NCBI GenBank assembly: GCA_030704615.1
Contig: CM060734.1
Coordinates: 682,001-746,000 of the forward strand
Reading direction: 5' to 3'
DNA from: Takakia lepidozioides
Lineage: Eukaryota > Plantae > Bryophyta
Length of the DNA: 64,000 nucleotides
In this document: positions 1 through 13,569 of the stretch, piece by piece
Layout of the letters: each line of letters begins with the position of its first letter
Position numbering within the stretch: position 1 is the first letter of the stretch
Translations under genes and position numbers: made by a program
The notes under the pieces: model-generated
Databases searched by the model: none
What the model saw: only the letters and a program-made list of their open reading frames with translations
What the model was told of the DNA's origin: nothing

Positions 1-1733
1 AATCCATTACCAGCTTCTGTTTAGAATGCTGCAGGGGGTATGCTACATCAATGTTCTCAAGAAAAGGGGACGTTGGCGAATAGATAACCTAATAGTTTGC
101 CATAGGAGTGTGCTTCTGATCTCTGAATCGCACTGCAATGGTGTCCACAGGTCCTTGAGGTTGAGCAGTTGTATTTCGGCCGATTGCTGAATACTTCTTT
201 TGTTTTGTAAGTGCTTTGAGCTTCCAGTGAATGTCACAAGGTTCTTCTCCTTTCTTCTGTCTCATTTGGTTTTATATGTATCATTTGGCAATTTATTCTA
301 CTGGCAAGTCTCTTCAGTCCGCCTCTTTCTATTGTGATGATCATAAAGTCGGCAACAGGAACCCTTCAGAAATTCCAGGCTGATTTTCACTTCCTTGGTG
401 GGGCCAGGAAAATGCTTTAAGGTTATGTCATAGTCAAACAAAATCAAATTGATTGTATAGTACCTGAAAGAGGTAAATCCCTCAGGTTACATGAGAGGAA
501 AACTTAAAACAAGCATAAGAAGAGATAAGCTCCAGTGTCCAGGTAGATTATGAAGAAACAGATAGCAAACGGAATCCTGGAAGGGATGAACATCCCTATC
601 AAACCAGTCTTTGATATGATATCAATTCATTGGATGTCACAGAAGGGCAAGAGGAATCAAATCACCACCAGGTTATAACTTCTAGCAGAGCCAGTTTCAA
701 TAGCAAGTATGAAGAGCAAACAACAATGCAGAGACACATGTAATGGCTGCAATTCAAACCGCAAGAATGGACTCCAATACCATTTGAAGAAATGGGGGAA
801 TAGAGAGGGAGAGAGGTAGCACCTTAGATATCTCAACAACAAGGCTGTGATAAGAATTAGGGGATAGTTGATGCTGCCTGTAAATTCAAGTCATCCCCAT
901 ATATGATGCTGCCTATTCAAATTCAAGTCATCATGATATACACCCAACAAGTTGATAACTTCGCCCATGTGGTACAAATAGATAGGAAGTACAGAACCAT
1001 GAACAACTGCTGCCACACTCCCCACAGCCTCGAAAAAGGGGGTGGAAGCACCGGGTGGACCATCAAAAGGATCTGCACATGTGAAAAGCCTGACAAAAGG
1101 GACTGCTGGAGAGGGGGCTGATCCCTCTCTTCTACCCTTTTGGTACTGTCTCTCAGAAGTCTTTAAGAGGTCAACAAGACACCTCAAAACTTTAGTGTTG
1201 CATTGGATCCCTTCAAAATCACCAGTTACGCTTGGTGTTTCATCAGTTACGCTTGAACTATAACCCAAGAGAAGAACAGCTGAAATAGGGGAAATGAAAT
1301 CTGCAGACAAGGCTAAGTTGAGTTCCAATCTAAATCACCAGACTGATGAAACCATACCCATCACAGAGCTCAGTCTGTGCAGATTTAGTGACAGTGAGGG
1401 TGTCATTGAGCAAGCCTCCCAGAAAACGCACAAGGCATGCACTTGTGTAAGTGCTGCATAGCCCGAGCAGTGCATTGAGCATCCAAATGCAAGCCATGGC
1501 TGCAACATCCACGATGAAAAATAGAGGTAAGGCCGACCATTGTTTACTTGCCAGGGCTGGAGTTAGATTTAAGGTCTTTTTTAATGGGACTGTTCTAAGG
1601 CCCCGGCCTATGTACTAACAGTAACAGCACGTATCCAACAGGATTCATTAACATCAGTCATGAGTCAACTAGCATGATATATGACCAATCTGAAGCCAAG
1701 CATGCATGAACGAAGGATGAGGGAGAGACTTAC

Positions 1734-2675
1734 ACGACTTTGAGGCTAGAGATTGTTGTTAAGGCGCCTGTTGTAAGAAGCCACATTCCCAACCCAAGGT
1801 AAAAGTTATATGCATGCCCAGCATCATCTTACCAGGACTCCAGGCAGGGCAGGTTGTTGGAGCAAAGCTCCTATGCAGTCTGCTTAAAAGACCTAAAATA
1901 AAAAGAGAAGGAATAAACTTTACAGCATCCACGGAAAGATTAAAGAGCTTGTGGGACAAAATACAATAAAGAAGTGAGGCCCTCAACAAGCAGCCCAAAA
2001 GCAACTTCTATACAACATCCAAACACAAATACTAGCAGCTCACCTCATGTACAAAACGCAGGCAAGTACGCAATAAAAGAATTCTGCTGGACAGCTTAAG
2101 CATCCTGCATCAAATTTAAGGAGACAGACAAAAGGGAGAGGTCTTACAGAAATGAAAGATAAGAGAGCTTCCCACGAGAGTGGGGAATAGAGCTGGTGAA
2201 GTTGTTGTGATACAGATCAAGGCTCACCAGCATCTTGAATCACAATTGCATGACACAAGCATAAGACAGGCATTTAGACATGGCCATTCAGTCAGGTGGG
2301 TGGCACTAAGTACTTTGAACACACTATACTGGTCTCATAGGGTGTCTTATGCTCAAACAAAAATACCCCTGGTCACAACGGCCTCTCTCTTACTTCTCCC
2401 ATAAAGTGATTCATTCTCTTAATACCCCCGGTCAATACAACGGCCTTTCTCTACTTTCTACCTTATAAAGTGATTCATTCTCTTTCTCCTGTATAACACA
2501 GAACCCACATCCAGTCACCAAGGGGGTACTGAAATGAGCTCATCAACACTAATTCATCATTCAAATGAGCCTGTAATACAGGATGCACAGGCAGTATATT
2601 TCGCAAGTAGGAGCTACCTTTATTTTCCCAAGCTCACCTGGTATGTGGCCAGTAAGGCTGTTCTTGTACAGTTCC
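1734..2675 (-). pseudogene. SERK/LRP-type extracellular LRR gene remnant (three exon pieces)
   Basis: Exons with GT/AG borders translate to ELYKNSLTGHIPGELGKIK (2618-2675), MLVSLDLYHNNFTSSIPHSRGKLSYLSFL (2148-2233) and RLNNN followed by a stop and deletion (1734-1767). This is the plant LRR consensus in SERK/LRP order. Confidence 0.7.
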
Positions 2676-3002
2676 CTGTCCATATCAATTTCAACAATCA
2701 TAAACACATCCTTCTTTTCATCCTCCTCCTACCTCTCTCACACAAGCACATGATAGACCTTATCCCAAGGGTCAAGACAAACAGAAACAGGGTCAACTTG
2801 TTTGATATTTTCTAATAGATGTGCCTGTCCATGATATTACATATTCTAGCACCACATTCAAAGCTAGAAAGCAGAAAAAGAGTGGGGCAAAGAGGGAGCA
2901 AGGAGGGGAGTTGACCAGATATCTCCCGAGTTACTAAAATTTGCAGTACCTGTATGTATTCTAGCTCCCTTCTACCTGGAAAAGGGGCAATGCACTACAA
3001 TA

Positions 3003-3022
3003 CTCTCTCTCTCTCTCTCTCT
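3003..3022. repeat. (CT)n microsatellite
   Basis: Run of CT dinucleotides read directly. Confidence 0.9.
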
Positions 3023-3499
3023 GCCTTGAATAATGAACACTAAACCTTCATAAAGAACTCCATTTCAAGCCACAATTACGCCTGATTTCTTGGCGATTGC
3101 TTTATTTATTGCGCATTCATGTTCCATAAGTTGTTAGAGTTTCAGGAGGAAATTAGGGCCAGTTTCCTTCTTCTTTCCTTGGTATAGTTTGCCTGGCATT
3201 GCCATCATAGCCACACCTGTCTTGCATCTTCACTGACCATGGTGCTACTACACATTGGATATCTTTATATTCTGTGATGCTAGCCTTCAAGCACAGCCCT
3301 GTTACCAAATTCTTGCTGGTTGAATGCAAGCACTTGGACAATCTCATGATGATTTCATACGTGATGTGCAAAAACCATCTGCACAATGTTCAATCTGTAA
3401 TAGTTTTCTAGTACCCAGTGGGCAATTCCTTCGACATATCATGCCACAGCCACCAAAAGCATGCACATGGGCGTTGGCAACGACTGGCAATCGGTGGTG

Positions 3500-3600
3500 C
3501 AGGCTCTGGATGAGGAACAAGGGAGGAAGGCCAAAGGCAACTCTCTTTTCGGAGAGGGGAAGCACGACGAAGCCGTGGCAGAGTACAACAAAGCACTATG
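3500..3600 (+). pseudogene. Single TPR-motif fragment
   Basis: KAKGNSLFGEGKHDEAVAEYNKAL in ORF 3461-3913 fits the TPR consensus GN-x2-F-x2-G-x4-A-x3-Y-x2-AL; the rest of the ORF looks non-coding. Confidence 0.45.
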
Positions 3601-6600
3601 TGAATGGCACTCACTGAATTGCGACCGAGTTGCATTGACTGAGCTGCGGTCGCCGGTGACTTGCTCGCGCCCGCCCCGCGCTCCCTGCTGTGCAGTCACC
3701 CACCCCATGAACACACAAACAACCAAAAACAAAAGCAAAAAACAAGAAAGAACAAGAATAGAAGGAAATGGATTGAGAGAGATGATGAAAGAGAGGGAGG
3801 CAGAGAGAGGGAAGAGAGGCAGGGAGGGAGAAAGGGAGAGATCGCAGGGAAGGGGAGACGAGCTGCATAACTCTGTTGCGCGCAAGATCGACTGCACGAT
3901 TTTTAGTCGGTGACCATGATTTACCACCTGGGGGGAGAACGTGCTAATTTTCGGAGGAACCCCTACGTCAGCTTTAACGGCCGCAAGGAGCCCGCTAACT
4001 AGCTGGGGTTGTAACGGGCAAGTGCGCCGTCACCACGCCGTTAACGGCTGCTAGCTAGCTTAGCAGGCCGCTTAGCAGCCAGGTGCGGCCGGGGCAGGGA
4101 TCTTGTATTCTCTTCAGCTTAAGGTGGTGCATTAGTTGGAGTTAAGGGTCGCATGCATCTTTGACCATTGACTACTGATTTTGTTAGCTAAAATTTTATT
4201 TTATTTTTATATACATAGTAATAGTTTGCAAACTTGTATTCAAGGAAAACAGTTTCATATTAACCAAAATATGGACTTTTTGAACTAACAAATGCATATA
4301 ACTAACTAACTAATGGCAACTAGGGCCCTCTTAGACTTGACTTACTTAGCAGTTAGTTAAAGTTAGGTGTGCTTAAGGGTTGGTTAAGGGGTGAAGGCTA
4401 GAAAGACCTTTAAGTTGAGGTGTGAGCATGCCAGCGGGCCTGAGCACAAAGGCATATTCTGAATATTCCAAAATATTCTGGAGAATATGCGATTGCGAAA
4501 CCAAAATGCGCTCAGGTAGTAGAAATACGAAACTATCTAAAAACCTTGCTCACGCGAAAAAATTCATGAAATTAATTGTCCAAAGCTTAAACCCTAAAGG
4601 ACGAAGCGACCCAAACTAGGTTGGTTAGGTTTAGAAAAGTGTCTGGTTATCACTAGGGTTAAGCCTGATTTGGGCATGTTTAGGCTCATTGGATAGGTAA
4701 TCGCGTCAGCTAAGAGGTGGCATTGCCCAATTCGTCATTGGGCCTGGCCCAGCCACGTGGAACACCTAGAGTCTCCCACACTCGTGGTTTTCAGCCCCAT
4801 TTTGGGCAGCTAACCTGCCCTCCATCCTACGTGTCAACTAGGGTCAGGTTCCACGCACCCCCCACTTGCGCAGGGTGGCGCATCTCCCAACACCCTTTAT
4901 TGCACCCCCTCCACCCTAAAGCGCCCCCCATTGGTAGGGAAAGACAAAGGCACCCCCCCAAAACCCACATACCCCAGGGCTACCGGCCAAAAAGTATAGG
5001 CAAACGTAGGTGCACATGGAGAAGTCATGGGCATGGGCAAGAATCATATGAAGAGAAACTCTGATTGGCGCGAAAGTTTTTTTGTGCTTACACAAACTTG
5101 CCCACTACAGTACAACCGGAGCGATTGACAATTCAACGGTTCAGATCTTTTCACCGAATTCTAATATGGTTTTGTGCTTGCCCCTTTGAAATTGGGAAAT
5201 TTGACCCCTCATATTGGCCATACAAAGCAGCCCACATGAGAACATGTCAGAAAAAGCTGAAATTTTCAGGGAAGGTGTCTTACTTGGCAGGGTACAAGAT
5301 TATGGTTGTGCCATGTCAAAACATTTCACAGCTGGGAAATTCGATAAGAAAAGCTGTATTGTTTACCCCATTGTAAATAAGAAATTTGTTTTTGGTCCAA
5401 CTTTCAACATTATTATCTTGCAATCCGGCGGTTCGATTTGGACCAGACTTTTTGTGGTCATAGCTGGGGTAGGTAGGAACGTATTTCAACAGTCAGTTTT
5501 ACAGGGCTTGCGGAAAATCTCAAGATATAAATTATTTAGTGGGGAAGGGTCAATGTTTTGGGGGTGGACCCAAAAATTGGTGTTAGTCCTTTAGGGGTTA
5601 AAACTCAAGTGAGTACACATACCCACAAAATATATCTGCCAGAACTCAAAGATCAGCGCACGCAAACAATGTGGCATTTGGTAACATTGTGTGTAGAACA
5701 TCCCCAAAAACCACCCAAAAAGTGGGTTTCGCCGGCGAAACGCAAACGGTTTTCGCCAGCAAAACTTTGTTTCGTCGGCGAAATTGGGGTTTGGTTTTTT
5801 TTTTTTTTTTTTTTTTTTATTATAAATTACAAGCTCCTTCGATATGTTTTTTAGATTATATATAGACACCATGGAGACCCTATTAACGCAGATATGCGTT
5901 GATAGACCCTATGTATGTCTATTGTATGTATTTCTGCTGACATACGTATCACCCCTATAACCGTGGATCCTGCGACGATTTTTTTGTGCTCGCGCCATAC
6001 CAATCCCCTTTATAAGTTAAGGAGGTTGTCTTTCTTGCTGTGGACCCGCCTTTTTTTTTTTTCAAGAGCTGGACCCCTTGAAAGCCCATGGGACCTTCCT
6101 TGGGGAGAGCGGGACCGCATGGAAGGTTGAAAGCACCATGGGACATTGTTGTAGGACCTTGGTATGTGTATTAACAAAATTGGTGCATATACAAAATCGG
6201 CAGAGTGCTATCAGTGTGTTCCAGAAATTCAAGGGGAGACCGGACCGCATGGAAGCTTAAATGGGAGGGTAGGACTTGAATATGAGTACTTTCTTGAGTG
6301 GCGTGGACTTGTTTGGAAGGCAATGCCATGGCCATTGATGAAACATATGATGGCCAACTGTGGTGGATCCTTTGCCCTTGCCCCGTTGCTACACCTTGTT
6401 GCTAAGAATGGGGCATCCCCTCACCACCTTGCCGCCAACCCCTTGGGGCTCTTCCACAAAGTCTACCCTCTCTCTTCGTGCGCCCGTGGTTGACCTCCCC
6501 ACACCTGTAGACTTTATACACTCTATGTGGGCCCCACATGCAATATCCACGGCATGCAATAGGCATGTGGGGCCCATGAAAATAGGGCAGACACCTTGCT

Positions 6601-7471
6601 AGACGTCATGCCCCTTTGGTCGATTTTATTTTTTGAGTGACTAGGGTACATGTATTTTGTTACAACAAAGTTCTAAGCCAAAAAGACAGCCAATGATGAA
6701 GTGGCTTCATGAGCCATTTTGTGACACAAAAGCGATGGAGAATTACAGAATGCTACAATAATGACCTGTGAGGTAGATTTCCAAATATCTTCGTATTTTG
6801 GTCGACTGAGGATTTTACTTTGTATTTGGTAAAGACTGCAGTTGTTTTCAGTACAAATATTTGGTAAAGACCTGCAGTGTTTCCTTTATAAATATTTGGT
6901 TGACCTGCAGTGATTCTATTAGCAGGGACCGAGGATTTTACTTTGCATGTGAAGACTTGCAGTGAATTTCCAGGACACTGTTCTAGCAGGGCTTTAATTA
7001 GGTGGAAAGACGAAAGCAGCAAGCAGACTATGTACTATATATCCTATATAATGGCCTTCAGTGGCCTTACCTCTAGCTGACACGTGTTGTAAATGCTTCA
7101 TAATCGGCCACCTCAACCAAATCGACATAGAGTGAAATGACATACATAATCGGGCCATTGAGACCAAAACAGGGCATTACACAATGTATAACCGTATATA
7201 TTCTATTCTGCTCTTCAATCCTCCGCCGAATGGGCCTGCAAACTCCTTAACATACGTAACCTGTAGTTGTGGGCCACCATGACATGTAACGGCCTGGTGC
7301 ACGTAGCTTTGCCTTTACGTACTAGGGAATGGGCCCACTAAGGCCTTTCCCAGGTGTAAAGGGCTTCATGCTAACATTTCCATAGGAAACTCCCGAGGCT
7401 GGGGAGGAGAGACCTCTAGTGTGTCGTACTCCGACACAGTCACATGAAGCGTCCAGTACCGAGCTCTTTAA

Positions 7472-8291
7472 CCCTTAAGTTCCCAAGCGACCTGAATCGG
7501 GTCACTTTGAATTTGCAGTTCGACCTAATTTTTGCAGATCTAATCTGATGGGGCCCACTCCTGAAGCTTTAATGACAAGGGATTTGCCTCGAGCATGATG
7601 CAAAAAATAAAAATAAAAACAAAAGCTTCAACCTACAAAAAATATCTTAGATCTCTCATTTACGTTTGGGGCCTGAAAAGGGCTTGTTGACCGCTGACGT
7701 GGCAGGTAAACAATCCCAAAACAGATTGCACTCCAAAGGCCATTTTTGGCATAAAATTAGCAATTTTGGAAAAAGCACTTCACCTTGTGGTGTGTGAGCA
7801 TTACATACACACATCCACCATTGGCTTTTAAAAATTTTGTAGAAAAAAATAGTACTTCATTTTGAGGCACATTTTCTCTTGTCAATTTTGAGATTTCAAC
7901 CCCCATGTAATTGCATGAATAGCAACCATAGCTGAAAAAATCAGTTGGACCTACAATTTAGTGGGGTCATAGCCACTCCACTATAGATTTGGAAATGGTG
8001 GGTCTTGGGGCAAGCAAAATTGGATAAGGCTAGGTCTTGATTTGGTCAAACCAATTTCTTTCTCACTTTTTCTTTGGGACTTGATATTTGAGGTCCGGGC
8101 CAACGCTATAATCTCACAATTTCCACGGTGGACTTGGCTCCTTTTTTGGTATGTCATGCATAAATGAGCTGGGCCCATTGCTATAAGGCTGGAATCTTTG
8201 GATGATTTTTAGTAGGTTTCTGGGGGCAATTTACTGCAGCTGGGTACCCAAAATTGGTAAAAAGTCAAAAAAGAGCTTGGGAACTTAAGGG
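7472..8291. mobile_element. Non-autonomous piggyBac-like element (MITE), 820 bp
   Basis: Perfect 17-bp TIR CCCTTAAGTTCCCAAGC at 7472-7488 and 8275-8291, flanked by TTAA at 7468-7471 and 8292-8295; no coding capacity. Confidence 0.75.
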
Positions 8292-8535
8292 TTAACTGCC
8301 GATGTTCCACAGTTCCGTCTAGAAAATGATCATACAGCCAGGTTGAACGTAACGATTGAAGAGAGTTGTTAGCTGGAACAAGCACAAGAGATCAATCCCC
8401 CTACCAAGCTATAAAATCTTCGTTGTCTCCCTCTCTTGATCCTCTTTCAGACTAACCGATCCTTACAGTTGAAATGTCGTGCTCAACTACAGTACAGTCG
8501 ACCCTGGCTAAATGTGCCCTCTTTATGTGTTATAA

Positions 8536-9096
8536 AGGTCCATTTGCACCAGAGGGTAAGAGGGCTAATAATTACCACCCTCACCCCTCCTTCTAGCTAA
8601 GGGTCAAACATATCACCCAAACATATATTCCACTTAACCTCGTGCTGTTCGCACCAAGTGGTAAATATACGTGTGCTTTGGGGTTAACTTACTCCCGCCC
8701 TTCCACCCGTTCAGTCCAAGGGTTGGCAAAACCCAAATCTCCCATGTCGTTGACTGTAGCTCGCGGGGCCCTTGTGGCGAGTGTTGGCGAAGGTCGGGCC
8801 CCATAACATTCTTGCTTGGGATTAAGCTAACCCCTAGAAATGCAGGGGGTCAAAGTATCCCACGTACTTCTCTCAGATTCATGTTCAATATCTCAGATTA
8901 TGACGCGGCAGAGGGGTCATATGGAATCAATTACCCCCACCCTCTATCCCCCTCTACCCCTGCTTCACCCCCACTGCCACATCAGCAATTTTTGGAATCT
9001 GGAGGGCTAACTCGATCCCTGGTCCCAACAGGGCATAAGTTGGACTATATTTACTTTGATTTAATCCGTCCTTTAACCTCAGGTGCGAATGGACCT
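8536..9096. mobile_element. PIF/Harbinger (Tourist-like) MITE, 561 bp
   Basis: Imperfect ~24-bp TIR AGGTCCATTYGCACCWGAGGKTAA with TAA on both flanks (8533-8535, 9097-9099). Confidence 0.75.
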
Positions 9097-9665
9097 TAAG
9101 GGGTGTAATTGTTATCTTTTTTTTACTCCCTAAAATTTTACACTATGCTGTAGTAGGGATGTTATATGTTAAACGTTATAAAAATGGTACTCCCTCCTTT
9201 GTAAAGTGACCCTTGATATACGTTATGTCCACCTCTTTGTTAGGAAAGTACAGTGAAGGCCGCCTAAAGTAGGTTGAAACATAAATATTTCCATTGACAT
9301 TTCATTAAGAAATAAATAATTTGGAACCTCCGACATGTGACGATTAAATTTCTGAATTGATATAGGGATGGATGTCTAGCAAATTGGCTCTATATAATGC
9401 AATGTAGTTACGTTTCCGACTATGGGGGTACACGAATTTGTTCATTACGAGGAAGAACATGATTTGAACACTCCATATGCAACTATGGAAAGCGAGATAT
9501 AGGAACTCGTTGATCCATGTGCAAACGTTGAAACTGAAGATGATGAAAATGAACCTATTTTAGATCCAGTGGCACAAGTGACATTTTCCAATGTTCAGGA
9601 GGAATTCAAAGTGATTAATATGTTTCTAGAACAACAACCCTCGGTGGTTGGCTGAGAGACTTTCT

Positions 9666-9878
9666 AATAGGGTTAGATCTGTAGAAAATAGTCTTAAGTT
9701 ATCTAGGTTGCAGGTTGCAAATTGTCGACATGACACTACTGGCAGAATTTTCAGTCGATTTGACATTTTAGAGTTTTGTTAAATTTTCTGTTAAAATTCT
9801 GCCAATAGTGTCATGTCGACAATTTGCAACCTGCAACCTAGATAACTTAAGACTATATTCTACAAATCTAACCCTATT
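9666..9878. repeat. Long near-perfect inverted repeat (foldback, possible small MITE)
   Basis: 86-bp arms at 9666-9751 and 9793-9878 with only a few mismatches and a 41-nt loop; TA-GGG...CCC-TA near the ends. Confidence 0.85.
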
Positions 9879-10719
9879 TGACATGTAACTCTATAGCCTG
9901 AGAGTTGAAAAAACGAGAACGGGATGTGGTCCTAACGCTCCGCGTTTGACGGTGAGAGGGAAAATGACTTAGCCGTTTTTGGGCAAAGTACCCCTCTCAC
10001 CTTATGTCTGGACAAGGACCCCCATCCGTCTCTCTACCTCTCTCCGACATTCATCTCCTTCCATAATCCATCTCCTCTATCTTCCCTCTTCTCTACTCGT
10101 AAAACCCTCACCTTTCCCAACTTTCTTCCTCGTAGTGGTTTCCCAGCGAATCAGCAATTGCAACCTTAGCTGGCGTGTCGCTTTTGCTGGAGCTTTGATC
10201 CTACATTTACTCCGCTCTGAAGCTGCAGCAACTATTCTTAGAACTCGCCCAGAGTTCATCTCTCATCTCCTTTTTTCTATCTCTTCCCTACTCCCTGGCC
10301 GGAGTTTTTTCATCGCTCCAACGGGTCACGTTGATGCAAACCTGCTGCGGCAACTCCCAGCTTCTACCGCATTGATAAGCGTGGCACTCTCGGCTGAGAC
10401 TGATCGCTACAAGTCGGCGGGTTTACTCCTTACACTGGGTTGTGCTTACTTCACCTCACGAGAGCTCTTGTCTCTTATCTCCCCCCTGGAACGGGCCAGC
10501 AGATTGCAGGACCTCGAGCTGTGGGAAGCTCTTGTCGCCAATTCTCCCGCCTACTGGGTTTAAGCTATGTTCCCTCCGGCTCTCTTCTCCCGCCACTCTG
10601 CTCTCGATTTCTATATATTGTGCTGCTAGGCTCCAGTTACACTCTGAATTGCTGCACTGTATTGAGCTCCTTCTTCTTTTGGGCTTCATATCCTAACCCC
10701 CTCTTTTTTCTTCTTCGCC

Positions 10720-11542
10720 ATGTCGTCTGTTCCCATTGTTTCAGCTGCGCTTGCTGCGCCAGGCTCAAGGAACGTCCCCAGAAGGCAGGCGCGTGCAAGG
10801 AACCGGCCTGTAGAGAGTCGGAGCAACCCAGCGGGGCAAGGCATTCTGGGTTCAGGACCTGGACACCCTCCCTCTCCAATAGGAGTAGCGATGGGGTGGA
10901 GTGAAGAAGCTGGCCCATCCGACGATGCTCAGCCGATTCTTAATCTAAACCTAGAGACGATCAAAGAGCATTCTCTGCTTCTCGCTGAGCAGGGAGTTCT
11001 TATCTACTTTCCGGGAAGGATTAGAGATAGAAACTTTGCCAGGAAGTGGACCCTTGAGTATTTTGGAGCTGAGGGAGGGCTCACTTCGCATTTCTGTCAT
11101 GCTCTAGGAAGAGGGTTCTACTCTATTATGTTTAGCTCGGTTGGGTATGCTGCCAGAGCTCTTGCTTTCAATGTCAGGAGGTCCAAATGCAAGGTGCATA
11201 TCTTCCCATGGTCTGCAGACTGGGGGCACAAAGTGGGAGTCACATGTAAGCCTCGAGTGATTGCTCTCCTATACCTCCCCGGAAATTACTTGCGCTCTCT
11301 GCCAGAAATCGGCGCGCATTTTAGGGCATATATAGGCCCAATGAACGTCTTCGAGCAAATCGAGCTTGATCCTCGTAGTGTGGACAACGGCGGTTTCGCC
11401 CTCGATGCGATAAAGGATGGAGGAGTCCCTCAGCTCGTGGTTATGATGCCAATCTCTGCATCAATAACCTCATCCCTGAAACTTCCAACTCTTGATGGTT
11501 CCTTCACTCTGTCTTAGTCAAGGAAATCAACATAGCTACCAT
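10720..11542 (+). pseudogene. L1 LINE ORF1, 5-prime part (DUF4283/RRM-like), interrupted by the CACTA insertion
   Basis: 265-aa ORF with plant L1 ORF1-like motifs (LGRGFYSIMF, IFPWS, LP..L..IG). Joining across the CAT duplication restores ATICHHCHAEGHVKSECP, a CCHC zinc knuckle, at 60627. Confidence 0.7.
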
Positions 11543-11936
11543 CACTACAACAGATTCCAGCTTTTACGGCTGCTATTTTCCAGTTGTATCAGCCTTTTAT
11601 AACTGCATGACTGCCCAGTCAGATAACCCCAGTCAGTTGTGACAAATGAGTCGTAAGCGCCATAGAGTCGCATCTGCCAGTCGTGGAGCTCACTGTTGAT
11701 ATGGCAACGGGGACGCCTAATCATAGTCATTGATAAGACCGTAATAAATGACTGTGAATCCATGTCAGCTTCACGTGGAACGGAAGGGATATGCCACATG
11801 TCACGTCAAATGGAAGGCAACAGGGTCTTCACGACTGGCATATACGACTTCCACGGATTAACCCCAGGATAGCACGTGGAGAATATCGGGAACGACACGT
11901 GGCATGACAGGGTGACTTCCGCATATTAACCCCAAG

Positions 11937-12663
11937 TGTCGCGCACCTCACTTCGGTAAGCTCCTCCTCAAGTCATAGTTACTCGCTTTGATGCGCGCGC
12001 CTGACTCCCAACCTGGCCGCCGGGCCAACTTGGAGCTTCGGCTGCTCACCGGGGCATAACGGTCCCCCTTTGTTCTCCCAAAGAACCCTCCACCGATTTG
12101 GAACCAGCGGGAATTCCCTTTGGTAGTTGGCAGTCCGGAACAGCTCCCCACTCTTTGGTCGCTTTCCGGCTCGCTCGCTTACTCACTAGTTTTTGGTCAC
12201 CAACGGGCTTGCACCGTTCTCGGGGTTACTACTCCCTATATATACTTCTGTAGCTGTCCGCGGGGGTTTCACAACCAGCCATGCCATTTTATGGCGAACC
12301 ACCACGAAAACCCTCGACTCCCGGTGATGAGTCGCTGTGAGTCTTGGCCCACTCACCACGGCCCCTATGGACCGTGATGAGTCCCAAGACTCCCCACAAC
12401 TCCCACCACGAGGTCTCCGCCCCCATGGTGAGTCCTATGCCACCCCCACTAAGTCTCGCTAAGCTACCACCACCCCTTGTGGAGCCACCCCCACCGCAAC
12501 CCGGTGTGCGGGGCTCCACCTAGTGAGCGCCTCCGCTTCCTTGAGTGCCTTGGGCACTCAAGGGTGCTTCAGCCCCCCATACCTATCGCTGCCGCTGCCC
12601 CCACCACAGGGGCAGCCCCTCATGTGTCCCGACCCCCTGCCCTCAAGGCAAAGGGCCGCGACA
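11937..12663 (-). repeat. 3-prime LTR of chromovirus copy 1 (727 bp)
   Basis: Direct repeat of 18171-18898; preceded on the minus strand by the PPT ATTGGTAGAGGTGTG. Confidence 0.95.
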
Positions 12664-13569
12664 CACACCTCTACCAATAGGGAGTCGATGTCCTCATCGA
12701 CTTGTCCATTTTGTAGAAACGAACATCCAAGTTGTTGCGTCCCACATCAAGGAGTTTGTTTCCGTACCATGGCGTCCCATGGCAAAGAACCAAACCCCAC
12801 ACTTGACTCTACTCTCCACTAGCTAGTTCGGCCGACTTCCTCCAAGTCCCGGCCAGGGGTGGAGACTCTCAAGCTCCTCCCAGTGCACTCTTCTTGGCCT
12901 TCTTCAAGGTCAAGGAACGATCCTCCCCGAGGATCGAATCGCCTTACTGCAACAACATTGCTTGCGATCGCTCCTGATGCCGCTTTTGGCATCACTTTGC
13001 GCAAGGGTTCACCTCGAACCCCCTTTGACTAGGAAGATAACCTTGAACCAACCGTGCATCCCAATCACTACAATTGGGTCCGTCTTGGAATGCTGGCCTG
13101 AGGTACGGGAACACGTCGAAGCCGCACTACGACTTCGTCCCGAGGCTACACGATTATAGTACGTGAACGGAAGCACATAGCTTCCGCGTTAGCCCGCACT
13201 ACAAGGCAACCACCTTGGTAGCGCAGTTATAGTACGCGCACGCGCCAGGTGCGCACTAGCACGTGAACTCCCAAAGAAGGCGCATGTTTCCTTGCCCCTT
13301 GGATGGGAGTCACCCGATTTTGGCACTGCGCAAACACACGATTAACCCAATTTATGTCTCCCACTTTTGTAAGCTAGCATGCATTCTACACACTAGCCAC
13401 CCATACCATGCATCACCATTCCAAACAAAATAGGACACACAACATTTGGAACCCATTTCCTTTATAACAAATTTTTGTACAATACAAGTTTTTGCAATCG
13501 GATTCCTGAGCTAGCTAAGCCGGGCTAAGCATGCATTTCCTCCCCCACGCTCCAAGGTTGATGTCCCCA

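Noticed and set aside
1-1520. Possible degenerate coding or TE remnant
   Set aside because: No recognisable motifs in any frame.
2880-2955. Additional LRR exon (NLQYL+GT on plus, ISGQL on minus)
   Set aside because: Short matches on conflicting strands; cannot be assigned.
7031-8496. Solo LTR (TGTACT...AGTACA ends, TATA-like motif near 8410) hosting the piggyBac-like MITE
   Set aside because: Flanks GACTA and GTCGA do not form a TSD and there is no second copy in the window; possible but unsupported.
9979-10904. ORFs of 194 and 154 aa
   Set aside because: CT-rich, no motifs; most likely the L1 5-prime UTR.
11932-11936. CCAAG left of copy 1 as a remnant PBS junction of a tandem element
   Set aside because: CCAAG also follows the far LTR and the empty site restores a CACTA subterminal repeat unit, so it is a true TSD.
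11948-13159. Short ORFs in chromovirus LTRs and 3-prime UTRs, repeated in all copies
   Set aside because: Recurrence reflects sequence identity between copies; frames differ between copies and no domains are recognisable.
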